50,099 nt of DNA from Candidatus Caldarchaeum sp. (GCA_038831915.1 JAWBKB010000012.1:1-50099), one strand, 5' to 3'. Shown: positions 1 to 10,549, counted from the first letter of the stretch. Numbers and translations: made by a program. Notes: generated by a model not told the origin, from the sequence alone.

Positions 1-88
1 TTCTTGATTCGGCGCAAACAAACACGCCAGTAAACCCTGCGGATTATGCACGAGAGCTTTACGCAGAAAAGTACGTCGTTAAAGGATT

Positions 89-182
89 TGGGGCCGCCCG
101 GATTTGAACCGGGGACCACGCGGGCCCAAGCCGCGGACGTTAGGAAAAAGGTTTCTTTCTAACCAAGCTGAACTACGGCCCC
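89..182 (-). tRNA. tRNA-Pro(TGG) with 19-nt non-canonical intron (138-156, position 24/25)
   Basis: Reverse complement gives acceptor stem GGGGCCG/CGGCCCC, anticodon arm CGCGG-CTTGGGC-CCGCG (anticodon 128-126) and T arm CCCGG-TTCAAAT-CCGGG. The extra 19 nt in the D arm form a BHB (TTAG/CTAA helix, 3-nt bulges); removing them restores the D stem GTTC/GAAT. Confidence 0.93.
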
Positions 183-282
183 GCGGTATAAGTGATTCTG
201 AAGGGGAAATCTAAACCTTTCTAACTCAAAAACCACCGCGGCAACTGAAAAAGTATCGGCGAGATGTTGCAGAACGCCGGTT

Positions 283-2403
283 CTACGCGTGGACGGCTAT
301 TCGGAGGGCTCGGAAATCTACGGCGGTGCTTTGGCTACCGCTGACCATCAAGGGGTTGATCTCAATTTGATGGATGGCCGGGTCTTCGGCGATGATAGTT
401 GAAAAGCTGGCGACTGTTTTCGCCAAGCTTTCCACATCAACTGCGGGCAGGTTCCGAAATCCTTTGAAAAGCTCCGAATGTTCGAGGTTTTGCAGCATGT
501 ATTTCGCCTCTTCCTCGTTCACTGGAGCCACCATCACGACGTAGCTTTTGAGAAGCTCCGCGAAAATTCCGCCGAATCCAACCGTCACGACGGGCCCGAA
601 CACCGCGTCATGTTTCGCGCCTAAAATCATCTCGAGTCCATGCTCGGTTTTTTGAACAGCTACACCGTCAGTCAACACACCGGCTTTTGCAGCCACCGCT
701 TGCAACCGTTCGAAAGATCTCACTACCTCTTCTTCTTTTGAGACGTTCAAGATAACACCGCCGATGTCGGTTTTGTGTGAAATCTTTTCCGACGCCAGCT
801 TCATTACAACAGAAAACCCGATCTCGCGGGCGGCGTCGATTGCTTCATCAACCGAGTAAACGATTCTTTCTTTGACGGTATCAATTCCGTGCTCGCGCAG
901 TAGCTTGACTACAGCGGCTCTTTCAACCGGTTTTGATGTCTTATCGGCGGCGGGCGTTATTTCTTGAAATTCGTTCCTCACGGGGGTGTGATGTTTTGCG
1001 AGAAGGCCTGCTACGCGTAGGACATCTTCTAAGTCGCGGAAGACGGGGATTCCTTTCTCAGCGATTAAGCGGCGGAACAACACCGCGTACTCGGCTGAGC
1101 CGACGTTGCATGCAAGAATTGTTTTGTCGGTTGTTTTGGCGATTTTGGCGAGTTTTTCGATTACCGTTTCATCCATACCGGGCGGAGTGTTAAAAGGCAT
1201 CAGAACGTGAACGTCCCCGATCTCTGCAACGGCTTGATAAGCTTTTTCGAAAGCTTCTGGGGTCGCGCTTCCACTCAAGTCAAGAGGATTGTTGGGGACG
1301 ACGATTGAAGGGATTGCCCCCGCCTGCCTGTATTCGACGAGCTTGGCTACATTTTGTTCCGGCAGTGTAGGAAGCTCTAGACCGTTTATTTCAGTTAGGT
1401 CTGAAGCCATGACTGAGAATCCGCCGGCGTTGGTCAAAACCAACAATCGTGAACCTTTAGGCAGCTTCTGCATGCTTGCGGCGTAGCTCACGTCGACGAG
1501 TTCCCTGACAGATTCCACAGCTATGGCGCCTGACTGCCGAACTGCGCCCAAAAAAGTGTCGTATTCTCCGACAAGACTGGCGGTGTGGGTGTAAGCGGCT
1601 CTTGCGGATGACCTGCCTCGGCCTGCTTTCAGAACCACCACTGTTTTGCCACGCCGCCGGGCCTTCAGTATCCCGTTCAGGAAACGACGGCCTTCTGACA
1701 AACCTTCGACATAAACTGCTAAAACTGATGTTCGGTCATCTTCCGCGAAATAGGAGACTAGTTCTTCGGTTTTTACGTCGATTTGATTTCCGACGCACGC
1801 CACAGCACTTAAACCTCCATTTCTCTCTGCAAGAGAATCGACGAAATACGTCGCGAGAGCTCCGCTTTGGGAAACTAAGCTGATATTACCTTGCCGCGGA
1901 TAAACTATGTTCCGGTACGTAGCTCCGTTAGAGGATCTCTTGAACTCCTTGATGAAGAATGTGTCGACGCCGCTGTATAGGTCGATGATTCCAACAGTGT
2001 TAGGCCCCATTATCCGGAGGTTCGAATTTTCGACTATTCGCCGAAGTTCTTGTTGAAGGTTGTCATTTCCTGTTTCGGCGAAGCCGCCGCTCACAATCAC
2101 CGCTGCTTTTACACCGCTTTCAGCTGCCTCGCGGATTACTTTCGGAACAGCGGCTGCCGGAATAGCTACCACAACGAGGTCTACGTCGTCCTCGATTTCC
2201 GTTATCGATTTGTATACTTTGTCTCCGTCGATTTCGTCCTGAAATGGGTTGACAGGATAAACATCGGATCGTAAAAGCCCTCTCTGCCTGTTAAGCTTTA
2301 ACCGCTTATAAATAATGTGGCCGATTTTCTCCGGCTCACGCGAAGCACCTACGACTGCTACAGATTTCGGTGTAAAAAAAACATTTAGACCATCGGAAAG
2401 CAT
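283..2403 (-). CDS. acdAB: ADP-forming acetate/acyl-CoA ligase, fused alpha+beta subunits
   Basis: CoA-binding N-terminus (PKSVAVVGAS, GGFAE, MGPN), SQSGA, phospho-His motif AAYTHT, and C-terminal ATP-grasp beta domain (SHKTDIGGV, EINPL). Confidence 0.9.
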   Translation of the reverse strand: MLSDGLNVFFTPKSVAVVGASREPEKIGHIIYKRLKLNRQRGLLRSDVYPVNPFQDEIDGDKVYKSITEIEDDVDLVVVAIPAAAVPKVIREAAESGVKAAVIVSGGFAETGNDNLQQELRRIVENSNLRIMGPNTVGIIDLYSGVDTFFIKEFKRSSNGATYRNIVYPRQGNISLVSQSGALATYFVDSLAERNGGLSAVACVGNQIDVKTEELVSYFAEDDRTSVLAVYVEGLSEGRRFLNGILKARRRGKTVVVLKAGRGRSSARAAYTHTASLVGEYDTFLGAVRQSGAIAVESVRELVDVSYAASMQKLPKGSRLLVLTNAGGFSVMASDLTEINGLELPTLPEQNVAKLVEYRQAGAIPSIVVPNNPLDLSGSATPEAFEKAYQAVAEIGDVHVLMPFNTPPGMDETVIEKLAKIAKTTDKTILACNVGSAEYAVLFRRLIAEKGIPVFRDLEDVLRVAGLLAKHHTPVRNEFQEITPAADKTSKPVERAAVVKLLREHGIDTVKERIVYSVDEAIDAAREIGFSVVMKLASEKISHKTDIGGVILNVSKEEEVVRSFERLQAVAAKAGVLTDGVAVQKTEHGLEMILGAKHDAVFGPVVTVGFGGIFAELLKSYVVMVAPVNEEEAKYMLQNLEHSELFKGFRNLPAVDVESLAKTVASFSTIIAEDPAIHQIEINPLMVSGSQSTAVDFRALRIAVHA

Positions 2404-2475
2404 CGTAACTACGTCGGCTATCTAAGTATTAAACGCAAAAATCAAAAGATTATAGGAAGCGAATGTACATACGTA

Positions 2476-3375
2476 TTGGGAACCCACGTGTTGCTGAAGG
2501 TAAGGTTTCATGGCCGAGGCGGTCAGGGGGTGAAAACCAGCAGCCGCATCCTCGGCCAAGCGGCGTTTCTTTCTGGATTTGTTGCACAGGATTCGCCTAT
2601 TTATGGTGCGGAGAGACGTGGTGCACCTGTTGCTGGGTTTACTCGGATTTCTGATGAACCGATTTTGGAAAGAGGCTACATCTTCGACCCATACATGGTT
2701 ATCGTAATGGACGACACGCTTCTCGGAGATTGGTTGGCTAAGCCTCTGGAAGGTCTGGCTAAAGGTGGTGTCGTTTTTGTAAACACATACGTGGATACGG
2801 TTTCGGTAGAACGGGGCAATTGCCACGTGGTTAATTATAACCTAACGGAGGACGCGTTGAAATTTCTCGGCAGAGCTGTGATAAGCACGGCGGCGGCCGC
2901 AGCAGCTGCGAAGCTGACGGGTATAATTGAGAAATCAGCCGTACTTCAGGCGACAGTAGAGGAGTTAAGCGAGATAGGGCTCGATGAAGAAACTGTTGAA
3001 AAGAACCTGAAGATGGTCGGAAATGTTTACGACACTGTGCCAAAAATTTCGTTCCACGTTGAAGGAGACGGTGATTCTGGTCGCGAAATAGTGACTCTGA
3101 CACCTGACAGAGTGGTTTTTGAAGAAATCATCAACACAGGAAATTCTTATTTGAGAAAGACAGGCAATTGGCGGATATTCAAGCCAGTCGTCGATTACGG
3201 TAAATGCACTGGATGTATGATTTGCTTTATCTACTGTCCGGAGTCAGTTATTTCGCTTGACAGCGATAACAAACCAATCATCGACTATGACAACTGCAAA
3301 GGATGCATGATTTGCATGGTCGAATGTCCTCTGAAAGCCATAACGGCGGTGAGAGAGGTGAAGACCCTTGCGTGA
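2476..3375 (+). CDS. porC: 2-oxoacid:ferredoxin oxidoreductase gamma subunit fused to delta (2x[4Fe-4S] ferredoxin) subunit
   Basis: RFHGRGGQG and YGAERRGAP gamma motifs; C-terminal KTGNWR plus two CxxCxxCxxxCP motifs. Confidence 0.9.
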   Translation: MGTHVLLKVRFHGRGGQGVKTSSRILGQAAFLSGFVAQDSPIYGAERRGAPVAGFTRISDEPILERGYIFDPYMVIVMDDTLLGDWLAKPLEGLAKGGVVFVNTYVDTVSVERGNCHVVNYNLTEDALKFLGRAVISTAAAAAAAKLTGIIEKSAVLQATVEELSEIGLDEETVEKNLKMVGNVYDTVPKISFHVEGDGDSGREIVTLTPDRVVFEEIINTGNSYLRKTGNWRIFKPVVDYGKCTGCMICFIYCPESVISLDSDNKPIIDYDNCKGCMICMVECPLKAITAVREVKTLA

Positions 3376-4609
3376 AATAGAACTGATGACGGGTAACACG
3401 GCTGCGGCTTGGGCGGCGAGGCTGGCCGATGTTGACTACATCCCCGCCTACCCCATAACACCGCAAACCGAAATCATCGAAACTCTCGCGAAATGGATAG
3501 GGGAAGGATTGATGAAAGCGAAGCTGGTTCAAGTCGAGTCAGAGCATTCGATGTTGACCGCTGCGGGAACGGCGTCTTTGACCGGTGCCCGGGTTTTCAC
3601 AGCGACCTCCAGCCAAGGACTTCTCTACGGGTTTGAAATGCTGTACAACATAGCGGGGTGGAGGGCTCCGCTCGTTTTGGTCAACGTATCACGAGGCCTA
3701 GCCGCGCCCATCACGCTTGAGCCAGACCACAACGACGTTCTATCCGCCCGGGACAGCGGATTCATACAGCTTCATGCCGAAACATGCCAAGAAGTCCTCG
3801 ACCTCATCCTGCTTGCCTATCGTGTATCAGAAGACAAAAGAGTTATGCTTCCGACAATAGTTAACATGGACGGCTTCTACCTTTCGTTCACACGCGAACC
3901 AGTGAAACTACCCAGAGCCGAACTCGTCGCAGAATTTCTGCCCCCATATGAAGCTTTCCGGCCTTTCCGAAGCGGCTCATCCGTGATTAAAGGCGCACCA
4001 GTTATCGGCGGACACGTATACGCGTACTTCAAGTATAACATTCATGAATCCGTGAACAGGGCTTTATCCGTCTTCCAAGAAGCGGCGAAACAATTTGAAG
4101 AAACATTCGGAAGAAGGGTCGAGCCTGTTGAAGGATTTCTACTCGACGAAGCTGAGTACGTTCTTGTCATGAGCAATTCTTTTTCAACTATTGGAAAAAG
4201 AGCTGTGAAACTTTTGAGACGCGAAGGAATCCCGGCGGGTTTGTTGAAAATCGTGATGATGAGACCTTTTCCCAAAGAAATAATCGCCAAAACTCTGTCT
4301 AACCGGACTGCCGTGGCTGTGTTCGACCAAAACATTTCCCCGGGGCTCGGCGGCATAATCTACCACGAAACGGCCGGCACGCTTTACCACGTTAGAAACA
4401 GACCGCAGCTGCTTCTCTCAGTCATCGGAGGCCTTGGCGGAAAATTCACATCCTACGAAGAAATTAAATACGTTTTCGAATTGTTGAGAAATCCAGAAAA
4501 AGTTGACCCGCACAAACCTGTTTTCCTCTTCAGAAAGGATGAACTGAAGGACGTGACTAAAGCACTCGAGCTGGCTGGGTGGAGAAGTGAGGGATTAAGC
4601 CATGGCTGA
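3368..4609 (+). CDS. porA: 2-oxoacid (pyruvate-type):ferredoxin oxidoreductase alpha subunit
   Basis: AYPITPQT, ESEHS and TATSSQGL motifs; overlaps the preceding gene. Confidence 0.92.
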   Translation: MREIELMTGNTAAAWAARLADVDYIPAYPITPQTEIIETLAKWIGEGLMKAKLVQVESEHSMLTAAGTASLTGARVFTATSSQGLLYGFEMLYNIAGWRAPLVLVNVSRGLAAPITLEPDHNDVLSARDSGFIQLHAETCQEVLDLILLAYRVSEDKRVMLPTIVNMDGFYLSFTREPVKLPRAELVAEFLPPYEAFRPFRSGSSVIKGAPVIGGHVYAYFKYNIHESVNRALSVFQEAAKQFEETFGRRVEPVEGFLLDEAEYVLVMSNSFSTIGKRAVKLLRREGIPAGLLKIVMMRPFPKEIIAKTLSNRTAVAVFDQNISPGLGGIIYHETAGTLYHVRNRPQLLLSVIGGLGGKFTSYEEIKYVFELLRNPEKVDPHKPVFLFRKDELKDVTKALELAGWRSEGLSHG

Positions 4610-5576
4610 AATAAAGTTTCGAACTTTACGTGATTTTCCTCCTGAAGAATATCTTAGCCCGGGTTCTCCAATGTGTTCAGGATGCGGTGGAATGGTTGTT
4701 TTACGGCTGATTCACAAAGCTATTGGCGGAGATGTGGTTTTCGTTAACGCCGCCGGATGTCTAACCCTTCTCCATGTCTATCCATTCACTCCGCTCAGGT
4801 CAAGCTGGATGTACACGGCTTTCGCTTCGGCTCCAGCCGGGGCCCAAGGAATCGTCGACGCATTAGAGATACTCGAGCAGAAGGGAAAAATTTCCAAACC
4901 CGAAAAACTGAAAGTGGTTGTTTTCACCGGTGACGGGGCCGCCTACGACATCGGCCTACAGTCGACCTCGGGAGCCATCGAAAGAGGTCTCGACTTCTAC
5001 TATTTTGTCTACGACAACGAAGCGTATGGCAACACTGGTTTCCAGAAAAGCGGTGCAACACCTTATGGCTCAGCCACTCAAACAACTCCGCCGACGCAGC
5101 TTAACCCCGTTGGATACGCCGGAGTCAAGAAAGACCTCTTCGAAATATGGCGTAGCCACGAACCTCCATACATCGCGACCGCCGCAATTTCACACGTCGT
5201 CGACCTTATGCAAAAAATCGAAAAAGCTTCAATGTACAGGGGCCCGAAATTGTTCATCGTTCACACTCCTTGCCCAACCGGCTGGGGATTCGACCCCTCT
5301 GAAACAATCAAACTCGCAAAACTCGCGGTGGAATGTGGGATATGGCCGCTCAAAGAAGCCATTTATGGAGAAGTGAAGCACACGGTGGTTCCCCGAACCC
5401 TCAAACCCGTCGTAACTTATCTCCAGAAACAAGCAAGGTTCAAACATCTATTCACACAAAACAACACCGAAGCAATCAACGTCATCCAAGAAAACATCTA
5501 TGAATACTGGCGCCGGGTTAAGGAAACCGAACACGTCGAAATCGAAATCCCGAAACAAATGCTCCAAAAAGCCTAG
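4602..5576 (+). CDS. porB: 2-oxoacid:ferredoxin oxidoreductase beta subunit (TPP-binding)
   Basis: CSGCG, GDG...DNEAYGNTG TPP motif and PCPTGW. Confidence 0.92.
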   Translation: MAEIKFRTLRDFPPEEYLSPGSPMCSGCGGMVVLRLIHKAIGGDVVFVNAAGCLTLLHVYPFTPLRSSWMYTAFASAPAGAQGIVDALEILEQKGKISKPEKLKVVVFTGDGAAYDIGLQSTSGAIERGLDFYYFVYDNEAYGNTGFQKSGATPYGSATQTTPPTQLNPVGYAGVKKDLFEIWRSHEPPYIATAAISHVVDLMQKIEKASMYRGPKLFIVHTPCPTGWGFDPSETIKLAKLAVECGIWPLKEAIYGEVKHTVVPRTLKPVVTYLQKQARFKHLFTQNNTEAINVIQENIYEYWRRVKETEHVEIEIPKQMLQKA

Positions 5577-5612
5577 GCGTTTGGACTTTTATACGGCGTT
5601 TTTGGACGGCCC

Positions 5613-6962
5613 ATGGAATTGCAGCCGCTCGTGGTTTTCGCCCTAGTTTTGTTAAGTTTCGTCGCAGGAATGTATTTTTTCGGCGGCCGGAGCCTCTCTC
5701 TTAAGAACTTGACACCAACAGCAGGCCTAACGTCTTTTTTTCTTTTCTCTTCTGCTGCTTTTCAAGCATCGGCTAGAGGAACCTTTTCCGAAACTCTAAT
5801 AGCATTAATAGTTGTGGTATCTCTTTTAATTCCCGCAGCCAACTATCTTTATCGAAAAACTGTCCAAAAAAGCCGTTCACAAATCTTTTTGCGCACGATT
5901 TTCCTATACCTTTCGACGGCGGTGGTTCTGCGGGCGCTTCAAGACAGCAACCTTCATCCAATACTTCTCATAGCATACGGAGCCGCCGTAGTTATTAATT
6001 CAAAAGTTTACCAAAAAATAGGTTCAACTGCCTCCCATATCCTGACCACGGTCATAGCCATAACCAGTCTAATTTTAGCTACGTCAACAACTCCAGAAAC
6101 AATCCCCGCTGAATTATTGCCCGCGATATCTCCAGCGCTTCTCCTCGCATTTGCTTCTTTTCCAAGAGATGTGTTGGATAAAGCGGACACATCGATGATA
6201 GTAGTTCTGTCAACTGCCATGATATTCGTGATAAGCAGTATTTTTCTCTCGCCATTGGTCGAAGCCGGGAAACCAGTTACCATCGAAATAGGTCTCGACT
6301 TCTTTCTTATTTTGGCGATGGTTTTCGCTTCGATAGAGTTGAGCGGAAAAAGTTATGTTAACCGACTTTCGGAAGCTCCGTTTTTCGCCGCCGCGGCCGC
6401 TCTCGCGTTCGCAGGACTTTCTTTGAATCAATCTCTGGCGTTACTTCTCACACCGTTAACAGGTTTTCCAACCATGAACCTAACAAGTCAACTCTTTCAA
6501 TACGTAGCTCAGTTTTTTGGGTTGGCGGCTGTTTTCACTTTGTTGAAAAGAGTTGTCGAATTATCCCCCATTTCATTGAAAAAAATAGTTAAAGAGAATT
6601 CGTTTTCCCCACAATTATCGGCTGTAGTCGCCATGCTTTTCGCTTTGTTGGCATCGTTTTCCACAGATTTGACTACTTTGTTATCGTTGGCAGGCTCGGT
6701 TAACCTTATAATTTTTTCAGCTATTTTGCCTTCTATCTCCAGAAGAAAACTGGTTTTAGTGCCTAGCACAGTACTGTTTCTCGTCGCAGCCAACATTATC
6801 TTGTTCTACGCCGTTACAGAAATGGAGGCAGTCATCGTCTTCGGCACCCCAAACATTCTAAAATTAGTAGCGATAAGTGTTTCAGCCGCGGCAACAGCTG
6901 TCGGAGCATGGATTTTCGCCGGGAACGCATCTGCTCCTTTTCGGCGAAAACAGTCTTCGTAG
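5613..6962 (+). CDS. Hypothetical polytopic membrane protein
   Basis: 449-aa ORF filling the gap between operons, with many hydrophobic segments; no family motif recognised. Confidence 0.65.
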   Translation: MELQPLVVFALVLLSFVAGMYFFGGRSLSLKNLTPTAGLTSFFLFSSAAFQASARGTFSETLIALIVVVSLLIPAANYLYRKTVQKSRSQIFLRTIFLYLSTAVVLRALQDSNLHPILLIAYGAAVVINSKVYQKIGSTASHILTTVIAITSLILATSTTPETIPAELLPAISPALLLAFASFPRDVLDKADTSMIVVLSTAMIFVISSIFLSPLVEAGKPVTIEIGLDFFLILAMVFASIELSGKSYVNRLSEAPFFAAAAALAFAGLSLNQSLALLLTPLTGFPTMNLTSQLFQYVAQFFGLAAVFTLLKRVVELSPISLKKIVKENSFSPQLSAVVAMLFALLASFSTDLTTLLSLAGSVNLIIFSAILPSISRRKLVLVPSTVLFLVAANIILFYAVTEMEAVIVFGTPNILKLVAISVSAAATAVGAWIFAGNASAPFRRKQSS

Positions 6963-7021
6963 GCTTATTGTTATCATTTGAGATTTAAAACATAAATTTG
7001 AGAGATAAGCAATGAAAAGAT

Positions 7022-8866
7022 GTGTTTGGACTCGAAAAATTGAAACTCCTGCCTTCGATAGCGTTGGTAATTGCTTTGTTGCTTTTCTTATCTAGTATGC
7101 CAACTCTAGAGGCACAGCCGAGACATGGCGGAACTCTTGTCATCGGCATAGCTTCAGAGCCTCCGCACCTCAACCTAAGCGGTCCCCCGACATGGGCTTT
7201 CTACCAAATCGTGAGGCAGATAGGCAACACTCTCGTATCCATAGATCCTGAAACACTTGAATGGAAGCCAGAGCTGGCGCAGTCGTGGCAAATCAGAAGA
7301 GAGCCAGACGGCGGAATGACCATAACTTTCAACCTGGTTAGGAACGCGACATGGCACGACGGAAAACCATTTACTTCTGCCGACGTGAAGTTTACATATG
7401 AAAAAGTCGCGCCCGTGTTCAACAGCTTCGTGGCAACCATGGTTACGGGATTCGTCAAATCCATCGACACACCAGACCCTTACACAGTAGTATTCAGGTT
7501 CAACCGAACTTGGTCGCCCGCTCTGTATCCCGGATATTTCGGTGGCTCGGGCATAAACATCAGCCCCAAACACTTGTATGAAAACACAGACATCGCAAAC
7601 AACCCGTACAACACCCAACCGGTCGGAACCGGGCCTTTCAAATTCAAAGAATGGAAGAAAGGAGAATACATCATCCTTGAAAGGAACCCCAACTACTGGA
7701 AAAAAGACCTACCATACCTTGACCGAATAATTTTCAGGCTGATAAGAACGTCTCCAGGTCTGACCCTGGCTTTTGAGAAGGGAGACATCCACTTCATTTG
7801 GAACTACGGACTCGCTATGTCTGACGCGCTTAGCCTACAGGAAAAAATCGGGCTTGGACAGCTCGTCGGAAGAAGAACATGGTTCTTCCCCAGCCCGGGC
7901 GGCTCTCTTGACGTCGTCGGATTCAACCTTCACCCCGACGGCCCAGCACCGTTGAAAGACGTCAGGGTGAGAAAAGCTATAGCCGCGGCAATCGATAGGA
8001 AAAAGATAGCGGAAGTTGTGTACTTTAACAGGGTTGAAGCACTCGATTCAGTAGTTTCAAGCGCACCTGCAGTCGCAAGATACCATCCTGGAGTTAGTCA
8101 GCCGAGCTACGACCCCGCCTTGGCTGAGCGATTGCTCGACGAAGCAGGCTATAGGAGAGGTCCAGACGGAACAAGGTTCAAGCTGCGATTAGTCATCGAC
8201 TCTGTAGCATACCCGTTCTATTTGAAGCAAGCCGAACTCATCAGAGACTTTCTGGGCAACGTAGGAATAGCTGTGGAAATAGTGGCTCTTGATACGGCGG
8301 CTTGGCACGAAAGAGTTTTCCGTAACTGGGACTTCGACATGAGCATCTTCCCATTCGTCCACGGGCCCGGTCCGGGATTCTTCATCAGATACTACACTGA
8401 AAGAGGAATCATCAGGGCCTCATGGTCTAATGCGATGGGCTATAACAACCCAGAATTCAACCGACTGATATTCGCAGCCGAGTATGAAATCGACAGAGAG
8501 CGCGAAGTACAGCTCGTCCGCGAAGCCCTAAAAATTTTGGTCCAAGACCAGCCTGCTGTATGGACTTGTTCAAGAACATTTGTGGCCGCGGTCAACACAG
8601 ATTTCACCGACGAACTCGACCCCGGTGCATGGGAACACGGCTTGGGAACCGGCTACCTCAATCTCGAAAAAGTCTACTGGGTAAAAGCACCCCTCCGCGA
8701 AGTAACACAGGTTGAAAGAACGGAGGTGACAACCGTGGTCGTTCAGCAGCCAACGCAGCCGCAAGCAATACCTGAATGGGTTATAGCTGCCATAGTGGTT
8801 GCTCTCGTAATCGCGATAGGTTCTATCTCCTACGCCGTCTCCAAGACACGCAAGCCAAAATCCTAA
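7022..8866 (+). CDS. ABC transporter substrate-binding protein, family 5 (DppA/OppA-like), C-terminal membrane anchor
   Basis: Signal peptide, HGGTLVIG, WHDGKPFTSADVKFT, PVGTGPF, ERNPNYW; Thr/Gln linker and C-terminal TM helix. Confidence 0.92.
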   Translation: MFGLEKLKLLPSIALVIALLLFLSSMPTLEAQPRHGGTLVIGIASEPPHLNLSGPPTWAFYQIVRQIGNTLVSIDPETLEWKPELAQSWQIRREPDGGMTITFNLVRNATWHDGKPFTSADVKFTYEKVAPVFNSFVATMVTGFVKSIDTPDPYTVVFRFNRTWSPALYPGYFGGSGINISPKHLYENTDIANNPYNTQPVGTGPFKFKEWKKGEYIILERNPNYWKKDLPYLDRIIFRLIRTSPGLTLAFEKGDIHFIWNYGLAMSDALSLQEKIGLGQLVGRRTWFFPSPGGSLDVVGFNLHPDGPAPLKDVRVRKAIAAAIDRKKIAEVVYFNRVEALDSVVSSAPAVARYHPGVSQPSYDPALAERLLDEAGYRRGPDGTRFKLRLVIDSVAYPFYLKQAELIRDFLGNVGIAVEIVALDTAAWHERVFRNWDFDMSIFPFVHGPGPGFFIRYYTERGIIRASWSNAMGYNNPEFNRLIFAAEYEIDREREVQLVREALKILVQDQPAVWTCSRTFVAAVNTDFTDELDPGAWEHGLGTGYLNLEKVYWVKAPLREVTQVERTEVTTVVVQQPTQPQAIPEWVIAAIVVALVIAIGSISYAVSKTRKPKS

Positions 8867-8872
8867 AAAATC

Positions 8873-8891
8873 TTTTTTCTTTTTTGTTTTT
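8873..8891 (+). terminator. Putative archaeal oligo-T terminator/attenuator after the SBP gene
   Basis: T-rich run (ttttttcttttttgttttt) a few nt after the stop codon. Confidence 0.45.
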
Positions 8892-8900
8892 AGGCGCATC

Positions 8901-9872
8901 GTGATGTCTGCCTTGAGAAACGTATTAGAAATTGTTGATCTGCTCAACGACCCATATGCGTCAGGCGAGAAAATAACCCGGTTCTTCCAATCCAAGGGTT
9001 TGAACAATTTATCTGCTTCTGTGGAAAATGTTTCCGGTGACCGTGGTGACACCGATTTCATCATTCTTCGTTTAGCTGGAGCGCGGGGAAAAACTTCGGG
9101 TGGAGACGCTCCGACCCTAGGGGTTGTAGGAAGGTTAGGCGGTGTCGGAGCCAGGCCCGCCCAACTTGGGATAGTCTCTGACGCCGACGGGGCTGTGGTA
9201 GCGCTTGCAGCCGCGTACGCTTTAGCCGAAATAAATAAGAAAGGAGATGTATTAGCTGGCGATGTAGTGTTTACGACACACATTTGTCCAGACGCGCCCA
9301 CGCGTCCGCATCACCCAGCTCCGATGATGGATTCACCTGTCGACATGTACAAGTTGCTCTCGAAAGAAGTATCTCCTGAAATGGAAGCAGTTCTTTCCGT
9401 TGACGCTACTAAAGCAAACCTTGTAGTGAATCACACAGGCTTCGCGATCACGCCAACCGTAAAGGAAGGCTGGATACTGAAAGTCAGCAGAGACCTACTT
9501 AACATTTACGTAAACGTCGCGGGCCACGAGCCCGTTGTGGTCCCCATAACGATGCAAGACCTGCTTCCCTACAAGACGGCCGTGTATCATTTAAACAGCA
9601 TGATGCAGCCGTGGCTTTTCACGAAAGCTCCAGTTGTCGGAGTTGCCACTACAACTAAAGCAGTCGTCGCGGGGTCAGCCACGGGAGCAACAAACGTATT
9701 CGCTTTAGAACAGGCGACGAGATTTATAATAGAAGTAGCTAAAGATTTTGGGGCAGGACGGGCCTCTTTCTATGACCCTGAAGAATTCGAAACCATAATC
9801 AAATTGCACGGCGATGTGTCGAGCATCATTGGGCGGGGAGTAGTTGTGGCCGGACGGGGGATATGTAGATGA
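8901..9872 (+). CDS. DUF1177 family protein
   Basis: GRLGGVGARP...VSDADGA, THICPDAPT, SVDATK and AITPTVKEGWIL match the DUF1177 pattern as I recall it. Confidence 0.8.
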   Translation: MMSALRNVLEIVDLLNDPYASGEKITRFFQSKGLNNLSASVENVSGDRGDTDFIILRLAGARGKTSGGDAPTLGVVGRLGGVGARPAQLGIVSDADGAVVALAAAYALAEINKKGDVLAGDVVFTTHICPDAPTRPHHPAPMMDSPVDMYKLLSKEVSPEMEAVLSVDATKANLVVNHTGFAITPTVKEGWILKVSRDLLNIYVNVAGHEPVVVPITMQDLLPYKTAVYHLNSMMQPWLFTKAPVVGVATTTKAVVAGSATGATNVFALEQATRFIIEVAKDFGAGRASFYDPEEFETIIKLHGDVSSIIGRGVVVAGRGICR

Positions 9873-10549
9873 AATATAAAGTCGGACTAATCCGCGTAGT
9901 TACATTACGGGATGATGAAGTTCTTAACATTCATGGGAGAATTGTCCAACTTGTTTATCCCGAACTTCATGTAACCTCGCGCTGCATCGAAGACCAGCCG
10001 AACGGTATCTTCGACCGTGAATCTGAGACTATAGCTGAGCCAAAAATTTTGCGGCTTGTCAAAGGATTCTCCGACGAGGGATTTGACGCGGTGTTAGTTA
10101 GTTGTGCCGCTGACCCAGCTGTTTCCGAGGCCCGGAAAATGGTACCAATACCCGTGATAGGGGCCGGCTCTGCAGTGGCCTCGCTTGCGTTGACAGTAGC
10201 AGATAGAGTGGGAGTGTTGAACCTTACAGATGAAACACCAAGGGTGATCCGTGATGTTTTGGGAAGTAGAATTATCGCTGAAGAAAGCCCTCAAAACGTC
10301 AAAAACACGATCGACTTGATGAGCGATTGGGGGAAAAAGGCTGCTCTGGATGCGTTGGAAAAAATGATGAAGGAACGCGTCGAATGCATCATTTTCGCAT
10401 GCACGGGCTACACAACCATCAGTTTTAAGAAAGCTGTCCAAAAATACGCGTCTGTACCAATTTTAGACGCAGTTGTAGCCGCTGGAGGAGCAACTCTAAA
10501 TATACTACGCCAGAAAGAAACGGTGCATCGAAATGATGAAAAAAGTTGA
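9869..10549 (+). CDS. Aspartate/glutamate/hydantoin racemase family protein
   Basis: Two catalytic-type cysteines (SCAADP, ACTGY) and IPVIGAG; ATGA overlap with the upstream gene. Confidence 0.82.
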   Translation: MKYKVGLIRVVTLRDDEVLNIHGRIVQLVYPELHVTSRCIEDQPNGIFDRESETIAEPKILRLVKGFSDEGFDAVLVSCAADPAVSEARKMVPIPVIGAGSAVASLALTVADRVGVLNLTDETPRVIRDVLGSRIIAEESPQNVKNTIDLMSDWGKKAALDALEKMMKERVECIIFACTGYTTISFKKAVQKYASVPILDAVVAAGGATLNILRQKETVHRNDEKS

